Below are positions 12,379 through 23,572 of a stretch of 36,225 nt of DNA, one piece after another. The notes under the pieces are model-generated. The model was not told the DNA's origin. It saw nothing but the letters and a program-made list of their open reading frames with translations, and ran no database searches. Positions within the stretch are counted from its first letter, which is position 1, and each line of letters opens with the position of its first letter. Made by a program: the position numbers and the translations under genes. Origin of the DNA: Atractiella rhizophila (lineage: Eukaryota); NCBI GenBank assembly GCA_021432655.1, contig MU271543.1, positions 1 to 36,225 on the forward strand. Reading direction: 5' to 3'.

Positions 12379-13713
12379 TTATAAGTCCGGACTAGCAGTG
12401 AAGTGCACATGTTTGGCACGGCATCCGGAACGCAATGCAAATAGAACAAACAAGTGACATCCACAGATCTCCAACAAAGTTCTCATATACAAACTGTTTA
12501 AGAAAGGATTGTTCGAAATCAGAAAAATTATGGGGTGGTTTGGAGATGGAAATTGTTGGGAGGAAAGCTTTTCTGTTTGACAGGAGGGTGATTTTTGTGA
12601 ATAGGTTGGGAATGTAGTCGTCAAGGAAACGGTACCGTTCATACGTGATTGTCTTCCACCTTCCTACCATCCTAATGTACTCGATATCAAACCCAAGTTG
12701 GAGGAGAAATGAGGCACCTCCGATGCGGAAGAATGACCAGAGAAGTGGTTATAGCCTGCTGCTGACCAGATCTGGTTACATCAATAGAGAAAAGCTGAAC
12801 AGGTAAGTGCCTGAAGAGAGCCATCATTTTTCTTGTGATCAATATATGCAAATAGGTGGTTAAGTGTGTTACTGGAGTTGATGATGCGAAGATGATTAAC
12901 TATGAGGTCCATTGTCCAGACGTCGCCTAATCTGGTCTGAGGAAGCCTCAAAACTTGAGAGTGACCAGGAGGGAGGGATTTATCATTCCGAAGAAGTATG
13001 CGGAGATAAGGGAAATCTTCTTCCGTAAGATGTCGGGAGAGATTGTCATGAGTATTTGGTTTCGCCGGGTTAAAGGATTTGTGAGATCGGACTGTGGTTT
13101 CCCCTAACCGGAAGAGAGAGAAAAAGGTGATTATAGCACAGGCTAAAACAGCTGCATCAAAGCAATTAGAATGATCCAGTTTGTCGACAAGAAGAATCAT
13201 TTTGAGCGTAACTGCTGGGCGCACAGTGGCCTTAAACAGGGTGCCCTGCTAGCGAGCAATGCCTTTGCAATAGAGAGTGAGCTCATCCGGCCTGTTTCCC
13301 CATATCCAAGGAAAGCCATTAAGGAGATGCCAGGCCTTGAGGCCAGAGACATAATGCTCTGCTGTATTGATGGAGATGGATTGTGATGGGGCAAGATCAG
13401 GGTGGATGCCATTCATAGGTGAAGAGCACCAAATAACAAAGCCGCATACCAAAAGTGCTGTGGCAGGGAAACAATCTGAAGGTGGGGCACACATTGTATC
13501 ACAAAATTCGATGTATTTCAGAAGGGCAGAGGAGTAAGAGGCAAGTGTGCCTTCGCTGTAGGCATGTGACAAGGTATCTTTCTGAGCATGGCAGATGATG
13601 GGATTGTCAATGATCAGATGTGTAGGATCAGGGTTGTGTGAACTTGTCCAGCCCGTAAGACGAGCAGCTCCTTTAAATAATGGTGAGTTGTGTATAGCCT
13701 TGAAAGTGGACAA
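12379..13713 (-). pseudogene. Tyrosine recombinase of the DIRS/Ngaro element (frameshifted)
   Basis: TLASYSSALLKYIEFCD, YVSGLKAWH, DAAVLACAIITFFSLFRLGE (catalytic R), GH/SFRIGGAS (HxxR, across a frameshift) and MVGRWKTITYERY (W..Y). Confidence 0.85.
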
Positions 13714-14110
13714 GTTAGAACAGGCTTGGAAATTTCGTAAATTCTTGAGAGCATTATCAAAAAGGATCAGAGTTTCAAGATCTGGATTGGATGTGTGGGA
13801 GGCTGGGGTAATACTTGGGAATGGTATTGGCTTGCAAGTTTGACAGCAGATGCATTGGGCTGGTTTGGAGGATAGTCAGAGAGAGAAGAGTTTTTTCGCC
13901 GATTAACTGCAGTTGCCCTGACTCTCCTGTGTGAGGTAGGAGATGTTGAATACTTCTTGAAAGGCATTAGAAAGACAGATTGTGAGACTATGTGGACATA
14001 GAGGGGCAGAGCAAAGAAGGAGGCATAAGAATAGGACTGTATTTGTGGGGCATGTGCGAGGCGAACGAGGCATACAAGGCGAAAAAGGCGGGGACACATG
14101 CATTTAGGTT

Positions 14111-15652
14111 TTATGCACCTTGAGAAACATGAGAAAGTTTGGTAAAGGTATTAAAGGAGCTAACAATTTGTGAGATGTGATGAGGCGAAGGGATAGGGAC
14201 AAAGTAAGAAGGGGAACAAGCAGAAATATCGCCACGAGAGAGAGGGTCAGCAGGATTGTTAACAGATGGCACATAAACGGGAACAAAATGGACAAAGAGA
14301 GTGTGTGACAAAGAGAAATACAAAGCAAAGCAGAATTTATAATCAAATTAGAGCGCCAACCAGATTTGTAGGCACCCTGTGCCCCTGTATTGTCTGTATG
14401 GAGAATAATTGAGCGCTCAACATGATTACGCTGGGATATAACAGAAGTGTTAGGGGACAAGAGAAGAGATTGAAAGAGAAGGGCTCTGAGTTCAATAGCA
14501 AGCATTTCCCCTACTCCAATCTTCCCATCAGGGTCCCTCACATCAGCTTCTAATTTCCACACAGACCAATATTTCCCTATTACAACTCCCAATCCCCACA
14601 ATGTGCTAACGTCACCAAACCATCCAAAATCGAGAGGGTTGTTGGAGTCACTTTGATAGAAGAATGGTGGAGAGTCTAGAAGGGAGTGGAGGAGAGAGAA
14701 GGGTATTACGAACTGGCTGAGATACAAATTTGACACAATGTGCAACCTCCTCTCCCTCCTTCTGTTCAATTGCAAGAAATTAGTGTTTAAGTGTATAAAG
14801 AGGGGCGAGGTGAGGGCGTAAATGAGGAGCAATGAGGAGAATATGAACAAGAAACCTAAGAGATACTCGAGCTGTGCAAAATCAAAGCAATAATGTGGTG
14901 CGAGAAAAAACTGAAGCAGTAAAAAGCTTTGTAAAATTTAAGTTCGGGCAAAGAGATCCGTCGTGAGGGAACAGACCAGATAAAGCCGAGATATTTCCAA
15001 GTTTGTGAAAACTTATAAGCCTTTGTGGAAGAGATGGGAACACCTAATATACGAAGGACAGAGAGGTCATCGTCTGCCTCAAACCACGCATTTTGAGACT
15101 GAGAGTGAGTTAGGAAATTATCGTCTACCAATGAAAACCTTTGAGAAAACCTAGACCATGAAGGATGTCTATCCAGCATTTGTTAAAAGTGGTAAACATG
15201 CCTGGGCAGGATGTGCAACTGAAGCTGGCTACAACATCGACCCAGAAATTATTGTCAAAATCCTTGAAGCAAAAGCAACCCTGAGAAGACGTGCTGAAAG
15301 TTCGAAAAGCATCCTCAACATCAAGAACTAGGATCTCAGCATCGTTTGGAAGCAAAGTAAAAAGTTGAGCAGTACAATCAAAGCCATCCCAATCACAAGG
15401 AAATTTGGTTTTGTCCATGAAAGAGTTAACGGAAGCGAAGGGAGGTGGGCAAGGTTTCTTGACTTTGTGGGAGGAGCCTACCACAAGTCGATATTTGCCA
15501 GGTGAGCCAGCCTTGTCAACAATAGAGATTGGGTTAGTTCGCCAGACACCATCGAAGTGCTGATCCATTTGGGTTTCAGAAAAAGGTCCTAGTAAACGTA
15601 ATTTCGATTTTCCTTTTTGGCACCAATTACAAACAAAAGCTAATGTTATTGT
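14111..15652 (-). pseudogene. Reverse transcriptase + RNase H of the DIRS/Ngaro element (frameshifted)
   Basis: RT: RLLGPF..TNPISIVDK..KYRLV..VNSF..VLDVEDAFR, VDDNF and KYLGFIW. RNase H: FGDVST.WGLGVVIG, EMLAIEL, HTDNTG and YVPSVNNPADPLSRG. Confidence 0.85.
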
Positions 15653-15710
15653 CACTGAAGAATTTGGTGGAAGCAGCTCAGTAGCTTGAACATTCTAAAC
15701 CTCAATTTGA

Positions 15711-15800
15711 GAGGGTCTACTGTCATTTTTGAGGCTCTACCTTTTTGACCAGGGTCGACCGAGGTGTTGTGAGGGTCTACCAATATCCATGAGGGTCTAA
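15711..15800. repeat. Five 10-bp direct repeats (consensus GAGGGTCTAC) at ~20-bp period with unique spacers
   Basis: GAGGGTCTAC 15711, GAGGCTCTAC 15731, CAGGGTCGAC 15750, GAGGGTCTAC 15771, GAGGGTCTAA 15791. Confidence 0.85.
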
Positions 15801-16166
15801 CGTTCTGGTGTCCTTCATACCACGCCATAATAGTATGAGTGAACTGCATAAAGGTTGTATGATGCCCCCAAAGATTACCTCATCTTGTTTCAAACTGAAG
15901 ACGACATGAAGATTTACGTCACTCTTGCTTTTAACTCCACAAGTGTGTCAGTGCCCTTGTCCCTCGGGCATCCCCCCCGCCAGGGGCTTTGCCCCTTAGA
16001 CCCCAGCCTCTGGCAGCCACTGCGTAGGGCCTCGCCTTGAGGCGAGCACAGACTCGCCATATGTACTCTACTGTTTCAAAAAACAATGAAAGCTGAGTGG
16101 TCTCCTTGTACCTCAGAGAACCACTTCAGCTTTTGACTATACTGTTAGGAACATGCTGAGAGATGA

Positions 16167-19100
16167 TCAGTGATTGAGTACTCGTAACACTTCCTTGTAA
16201 ACTACATTATCTGTTTGCTTGTTTTCTTCTCCAGGCTTTGTTTTGACCAATACTCGTAAATTGTTCACATTTTTGAAACTCATGAAAGACCAACATAAAG
16301 CTGCCCATGAGAGAAAGGAGAAGACTCTAAGTACAAACCCACATGTCCAACAGATTGTCCTTGGGCTTTATTCAAAGTTAAGGCCAATACTAAGCGCACA
16401 GGGAATTGAAAAGGAAGCTAGTTTGATACTGCACTGTCAGTGCCGATTTAAGAAATGAGAACTAATTCGCCACTGTGTGCACCTGTAATGATGGTTGCTT
16501 TGATGACTCGTCAGAGAAGCTGAGTGACAATGAGCCACGTGCTGTTGCACAGGCCAGCAGTTGGATTGAGATTTCGCAGAAGAATGATGGGTGCACCGGT
16601 CTTGAGGTGTAAACGATGCGAAGGGAATCCAGAGATCTCCAAGGTATTCAGGTACTTGACGGAGAAGCGATGTCTGAGATCTCCCTCATCATCTATAATT
16701 TGATCTGCACTATAATATACCTGATCTCCTATGGATTCAAGCAACTTAATCAAGCAATCATTGATGCCATCCACATCCACATTTTTTGGTGCTAGAATCA
16801 TGCGAACATGGAAGTATTCTTGAAGGAAGCTCAGAGCAGTGATATTTCGCAGAGAATCTAGTTGTCCGCAAATTGCGCGCAACAGACCATCTAGTCCTTC
16901 GTGGGATAGAATAATGGATCCATCTGGTGTTGTAAAGGCTCCACATCCATTGTCTAACAGATTATCAGTGACACCATTTCCAACATCAAGGAGCCACTGG
17001 GCAAATCTGGTTACATGCTGAACTTCGGCTGGTGTCATTTCCTGTTGGCCACGAAGAAGGCGCATATTGGTTTTCAAAGGCAGGATTTGAACATTTGACC
17101 AGAAGTAAGAATTAATGATGCAGGCATCCACAATCTGAGCTCAGCTTCCATTTGGCACTACCGGAAGACACTGTCTGTCATCTCCTGTGAACAGTATGTT
17201 AATAAAGAACTACTTAAAGGGAAGCATCATACCACAGAAAACCATAAGTGTTCCTCCAAATGGTCTTGAATCCTTTTTAAGGTCCTGTCCCAGCCGATCC
17301 ACACAGCTGACGGAGAGGCGATCACTCATAATGGCTTCATCCCACAGGATAATTTCTGCCTCGACATATAGCCTTCCATGATCACTTTGAGCGGAAATAC
17401 CACAAACTGATTGCGCATATCTGCATTGAGGGGAATCTTGAATCGTGTATGAGCAGTATGACCACCTTCAAGCAGAATAGCAGCAATTCCAGAAGAGGCT
17501 ACTGCTAGTGCAATCTTCTTGGATGATCTTACTCTTGCCAGTATAAGATTCTGAACAAAAGTCTTCCCAGTTCCTCCAGGCCCATCAAGAAAGAAGAGTC
17601 CTCCAGTGCCATTCTGCCAGGCTTCGCTGATTGTATCATATGCGTGTTGTTGATCCTCATTCATAAGAGGAAGATCCCTATCAAGACGTTGCTCCAACTC
17701 TGTAACATTGTACGCCAGCTCTTCTCCAATTATTCTTGTCCCTCCTCCCCATCACCCAAACCTTTAAGCAGGTAATGGCAACCTATACTCCTCTAGTGTC
17801 TTGCCTAGACCATGTAGCAGATCCTCTAGCTCAATAAGGCATAAGTCTCGGATCTGGTCTTCAGAAGGTGCAGCGATTCCATAAACTGTTTGCAGAAGAT
17901 GTGCACAATTGTCACTGAGCTTGTCATAGTGTCTTCAAAACAGTTGTAATGGTGCGCTTGCAACTCCAAAGACCAAAATGTAGACAAAAAGAGAACGAAT
18001 TGCTGATCCTCGTTTGATTGCGTTTGCATCTTCCTGACACAAATCCCATTCTTAGTCACTATCCAGTAGACCTGATGCCACACAGGCTGCTTTGAATGTA
18101 TCGTAAACTTGACCATCAATTGTACAAAAGTCCTATATAATGTCCTCAAAAGATTTAGGACTTAGGATCTTGTCAAGAAGTAGTCAAAGATAAAAGAGCT
18201 CCTCTTATGGCGGCACAATGTAAAATATCCAACCAATAGCACTGCCTTTCTCACGCATCTTCCAGGGATTTGAATTACTCTGCCATACCAAATGTTGAGG
18301 GGCTTAAGATAGGTCCACGATCAGGAGACCTGGGGAGAATCACAGCAGAATTGAAAAATTCGCTAAGCATTGTTTTTCCGACATTTCTTCATGAAAGTAT
18401 ATCATCAGGTTGACTATCATCTGCATTAAAAATGACCATCTGTTGATTTGGAAGATGAATGCTCAGTCGAATCACAGTCGAAGAGTGATCATGAAGCTTG
18501 AAGTGGAAAATCGGCCAGCATGCTACAACCGTACTTAATCCTTAACCCTTGAGGAATGGACTGAACAAACCTTCTGAAGCACCCACATATCGTGCATCTA
18601 AATACTCTTTAATCTCATCCACTGGCTCTTTGCTCCACTGAAATCTGATTTATGACTAATTGTGCTCTATCCGGCCCCTTGTATACGTATTTGAATATAT
18701 ACTTGAGTGAGCGAATTGAGATACAGATCTCAGTGTTGATGTGAGCCAGAAACTTTCTCAGGATCGAAGCGTTAAAAGGCACTACCCATCGATTATTGTA
18801 TATAAACTCTTGGCCACGTGTCATCTTGCGAAAAGCCCGGCCGTCGTTATGCCACCGAAAGGTAGGGTAGCCATTACCGTTGATTCTCGTTTCCTCAACA
18901 AAAGGCTTAGGATACCCTTTGCCACACTTCCCATTGACCATGCAAGGTGCATCTGGATTATGTTCACCACATGGGCCATGTAGCATATGCTTGGTGACTA
19001 TTTCAAGTAATACAGGGTCCTTGTCCAGATCAGGCAGCTCTGGTTGAATTACTCGATTAATGGCTGCCTCGTCCCTGATAAGATCTTCAGGATGAAGAAT

Positions 19101-21432
19101 CAACAGGATGTACGCATGTGGTAGACATCTCTTCTGAAATTCAAGACCCAGACATATCTGATAACCCTTCCAAAGATCTGTCGTACCACTAAATCCTTGA
19201 TGTACTCCACAGCCTTCAGTCGAAAACCCTTGAAACCAAATCTAGCCGATCCTCTGGTTTTTGTCCTGGTAGGAGGGCTTCCGTGATCTCTGCCCAGTGT
19301 GGGTTGCAAGTGAAGGTTCTAAAGATATTTGGGGGTCCTTTGGCACCAACTACACCCATTGCATCCTAGAACAGCTGATTCATTGAACGTGGACCGCCAG
19401 TGAAACTGTCAGGTTTGCATCTTACGCAAATCGGCGCCCGTTCGCCGGATTGCATCTCCTATCGCCCATTTGCGTTCCCTGCGAATCGGCGCCCATTCGC
19501 CCGTCGCCACTCTGCGTCTCCTGGTCGCCCGTTCGCCCATTTGCGCCTGCATCAACAGTTAGCCATTTGTGTCTATTCTCCTCTTCTTAACTCCGCGTAA
19601 TCCCACTGTTACTTCCCCCTTTTTAGTTCTCTTACATGTTTCATCTGCTCTCCTCTACACTCAGTGGCAGCGTTATTCCGCTTGTATATATAGATCAGAG
19701 AGTAGTGGAGGTGACCTCAGAGTATTCTCTTAGGTTTATCTCCACTAAAGACGCATCACCCATCGGCGACCACACATAGTGTCAGCCCTAACAGAAACTT
19801 GATGGTAATATAGTCCGACTCCCGATATCTTCTAAAGAATAGACTTCTGTAAAGGCATCCGTAAGACCTTGATACACTCGAAGAATAGACTGATTGAACC
19901 GCAGATAGCAGAGTCGATTCGCCTCAATTTGAGCATCAGCATCAACTACCAATTCTTGTAGTAGCCGACCACCGTAGAGAGGGAGTGAGAATACATCATT
20001 TCGTTGATGCAACGTGTAAGAATAGAACTCCATTTGGCTGGCACGTTGTCAAACCCCGGAATTACCAACTTGCATGCCGTCATCATTGAAGTGCTCTCAC
20101 TCGCGAGGATGAAGATCTGCAGGCAGGTCTCAATATTGAATCCGTGAATGCCATCCTTGGTGCCCATATGGAAACAGAAGAGGAAAACGAAGTGGAAGAT
20201 AATTCGAGTTGGGCTCATTGACATGCTGTAAGTTGCGACTGGTTGTGGTTGCCCTGAGCTGGATGACAATATCCCTGGCCACTCCATATTCTTCTCTGTT
20301 ACCATCTCCTCCATCACTACAGCAACTTCACTGGCTACAGGAATGTTGTAGTGTCTTGGATCCCTATCTCATGGAGCAACTGTATGAAGATGTAGTGTGG
20401 TAGTGGGATCCTGTTCCATTCTTTCTTTCACAAATTTGTAGATCCTGCGATATGGGTTGACACAGAAGAGTATAGCCTGAAGGTCTTCAAGCATACTACG
20501 ATTCAGTGAGACTGGAAATGTTGGCAACTCTTCGTTCAGTCTGCACTGCTGAATCTATAATGTAGACCTGTGCAAATGTTTCACACCCTTCTTGTTGCGG
20601 TAAAGAGTACCAATAAGGTGGCACAGCTCTCCCTGAATTTTGAAGGAGTAGGGACCATGTCCAGGAATTGATACCTTGCGGACGCCTAGGATGTAAAGGT
20701 AAAAGCATTATTGAATACCCTGATATGCTCTTGAAATGCCTTTGACTCTATAATGATTGTTCCTTTCTGATATGTATATGCAATAAATTGAATAGAAATA
20801 CTTACCTGGTGTCTTATGATGTGCAAAAAGCTTTTGTAGCTCTTCAGGTGGATGCGGAGGAACAGGTAGCAGCACCTTGCCGTGGAGACAGCCCAATGAA
20901 AACTTTGGATTTCGTTGTGGCATGTTAATGATCTTCTCTTTCATCCAATGAAAGGCTTTGCAATGTGTACAAAGTAATCTCCAAGTAGAGAGGTGGTGTG
21001 CCTCAAGATCCATATCAGGTGAGTAGTTGAATGCAGGATAGTGATGTTGCCTTATTTCGCCTTGCAACAATGGGACTAATGCCCTATCCTCATCACTGTC
21101 CACACCATCAGGATCAGGAGAGGATGGGTGTGATCGGGTTTCTTCTTCACTGTACTCCTCAGGAGAGAGTGAACGCTGTCTCCGATATCGTCGAGCTGGT
21201 CGTGACGATATATAGACAGTGAAGAGCTTCGACAGCGCTGCTGACGTGGAGCGCTAGTTGACCTTGTCTCATGTTGTGGTGGAGTAGGTGGAGTAGGATT
21301 GAAAGGTGCAGGGCGTCGCCTCTCTCTTATAGGTTGACCTTGGTGTAGTGGTGCCTCCTGCTGCAGACATTGAGGCCGTTCGGATCGGCACTCTCGATTT
21401 CTTGTTTGATTTCTCTGAATTGCATGTGGCAT
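16167..21432 (-). pseudogene. Helitron Rep-helicase (HUH Rep + PIF1-family SF1B helicase), intron-containing and inactivated
   Basis: C..CKAFHW.KE..GCLHGKV, GRLLQELVVD, ILPSSF/TGGPR, TFTCNP, EFQKR(C)LPHA(Y)IL, HMLHGPCG, KYIFKYVYKGPD, FFLDGPGGTGKTF, ASSGIAAILLEGG.TAH.RFKIP, LKTNMRL, ILLRNLNP..GLCN and terminal DNVVYKEVL. Many stops and frameshifts. Confidence 0.95.
19407..19793. mobile_element. Solo LTR (387 bp) inserted in the Helitron Rep
   Basis: TGTCAGG...CCTAACA termini with a perfect 5-bp TSD GAAAC (19402-19406 and 19794-19798). TATATATA box near 19686. Removing the element restores ILPSSF-TGGPR. Confidence 0.92.
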
Positions 21433-21729
21433 GAGAGTGTAGCTTGCTGCACATAATAAAATGATATAAGTGAAGAATATATAAGCCAGAGTCCACACAC
21501 CTATGCTTTTTTGCTTGATTTGATTTGATGGTAAAGGCTCAGGGATACTATGGTAGACTGTTACGAAGTATATTTGTGGTGGAAGAAACTGTTTCACTTG
21601 CATGAATGCCTGCTCAATTTTCCCTCATAATTGGCAAACAACAGTTTTTGGCGCACGACATGAGAAATCTCAGAAAGCCCTGAAGAAATCGTGTGCATGC
21701 AGTCTGCACCTGCGCGCAACAGGTTCTGG

Positions 21730-23295
21730 CAGTGACAAAATGTGACATGACTGAAGATCAAACCCACACCAACACCAAGACTTGACTCTCAACGATACAC
21801 CAACTACACCACAGCACAAACTTGATGCTTTACCCCATTACTTTGGGTAGGTAACGCAAATTTTGCTCAAACTGCTACGAAGTCACCTGACTCAGACACC
21901 AAAACACTTTTTTCATCTTTCAAATGGGCTTTGCTGTAGACGGTTCGAAATATGGAGTTGTTGTGGGTGGTAATATAAGGGCTCAAAAGTACATGTGTGA
22001 GTCATGGCAAGCTGGCGAGCCCTCATCCCCCAGGGGGACCACATCTAGTTCCTGCTGCTTTCCAATAAAAAGTGGTTGACTATGCTGTTAGGAACATGCT
22101 GAGAGATAATCAGTGGTTGAGTATGCATTATCTCTTAATTGAGTGCAGGCACTCATGGCTTCAAGAGTAACAAAATGTGACAGAACAGAGAATTGGACCA
22201 ACACCAAAAGCAAAATTAGGTTACCTTCTTACATGACACCAATTACACCATCACATAAACTCTGGACCTTGTAAGCTTATTGAGTATGTAAGGAAAATCT
22301 TGCCAAAAATGTCACTTGACTCAGTCATGAAGACAATTTTTTTATCCTTTAAAATAAGCTCTGTTGTATACGGTTCGAAAAGCACTGACACGCGTATTCT
22401 GGTGGTATGCTCAGAATTTTGGCGGGGTTGTTGTGGACCAAGAAGTCACTTGAGTCAGTAGAGAGGATTAGGAAATTCAAAAAGTTTGTTGAATTTTCAA
22501 ATAAATTGTAAAATGCAATAGGAATGTAGAAATACAGTCACTGAGCTTGTAGCCACAATTCCGTTCTTGCTGTGGTTGCTGTGGACTGAGGGAGAGCTGT
22601 TTGAAGTCATGGAATTTTGAGGGGGAACATAAATCACGTGCGGCACTTTCTATGAACGACATTCACCATCCACATGCCGTCAAGTCCAACTACAACTAGG
22701 TCAGGGAGACATTGCAAGCCCCCCAATACCTATTCTCGTGAGTACTATTCTCTCCATTGTATGGTTACTAAAGTTTGACAGCTTCTCATGTCAAGAATAT
22801 CCTCCACTTCTGTACAACTATCGAGCATGTTGACGACAGAGCTTCTAGCAGGGGCTCGAGAGCCAAATAGTATTCCGTGCAGGGTGGTAGAGAGCATTGG
22901 CGAAGGCGTTTTGGTTGACGCTGGTTGACGTTGTGAACACTACCGGAAAAACTACTGCATAACTACAGCCGGATGCTGCAAGGCTGCTATATCTTCCTTG
23001 AAATCCCCTCAATCGGCCTCAGAATCACTTTATAGACATCCAGGGAGCCTAAATACCTATTAGGATATAGAAAACTATGTTTTGCAATTTTTGAATTTCT
23101 GACTCTGAAAAAAGTCAAATTTTGAATTTCCTAACCCTCTCTAGTAAGGAAAATGATTTTTTTCCGTTTATCAAATAGGCTTTGTTATATACGGTTTGAA
23201 GGGCGCCGACACGCGAATTCAGTTGATATGCTCAGAATTCTGAGATGGTTATTGTGGGCGGCAAAGGGCTCAAAAGTAGCTGCCTGAGTCATGGT
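21730..23295. repeat. Diverged direct repeats in the Helitron 5' region
   Basis: ~21730-22010 aligns with ~22165-22440. A ~135-bp unit (GTCACYTGASTCAG..TTTTTT..ACGGTTYGAA..GTTRTTGTGG) occurs at ~21882, ~22311 and ~22445, the last split by the TIR element. Confidence 0.75.
22460..23142. mobile_element. Non-autonomous TIR DNA transposon (MITE-like, 683 bp)
   Basis: 23-bp TIR AGAGAGG(A/G)TTAGGAAATTCAAAA with one mismatch. Flanked by AGT..AGT (3-bp TSD); a TA TSD with a shorter TIR is the alternative reading. Confidence 0.85.
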
Positions 23296-23480
23296 CAAAC
23301 CCATCATGCTTTTTATATAAGGATAAGGTGGATCGCCGAGTCAATGGCACAGGTGGGAAAGGTGTTGTCGTGTGGTTTCTTTCCATTAATTCTGAGATTG
23401 TTTTTGGTTAAGAAGGTGCGAGAGTATGGAGGTGCGTCAGTAACGCCGGTGTGTCCCTGTATTTTGTTAGTGGAGGGACC

Positions 23481-23572
23481 TGAGACGACTGAGACCATCA
23501 TCGTTGATGCAGATCTATAAGTGAACGAAGGTAAATACAATGAGACTCACTGAGACCATCATCGATGCAGAT
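23481..23572. repeat. 60-bp-period direct duplication
   Basis: TGAGAC..ACTGAGACCATCATCG(TTG)ATGCAGAT starts at 23481 and at 23541. Confidence 0.8.

Larger units (their letters stand above)
12379..15652 (-). mobile_element. Degenerate DIRS/Ngaro-type tyrosine-recombinase retrotransposon, 5'-truncated (RT-RNaseH-YR; gag not seen)
   Basis: Domain order RT, RNase H, YR on the minus strand with frameshifts and stops. The boundaries follow coding remnants only; terminal repeats were not identified. Confidence 0.85.
15940..23323 (-). mobile_element. Composite Helitron (decayed autonomous copy plus internally deleted relative in tandem)
   Basis: Rep and PIF1 helicase remnants. Minus-strand 5' end A|TCCTTATATAAAA at 23323. 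The 3' end is a GC hairpin (TGCCC-N9-GGGCA) 8 nt before CTTG|T at 15940, i.e. insertion between A and T with no TSD. Element class is secure; exact termini are moderate confidence. Confidence 0.75.

Noticed and set aside
15711..15800. CRISPR-like repeat-spacer array
   Set aside because: Repeats and spacers are only ~10 bp, the context is eukaryotic and there are no cas genes.
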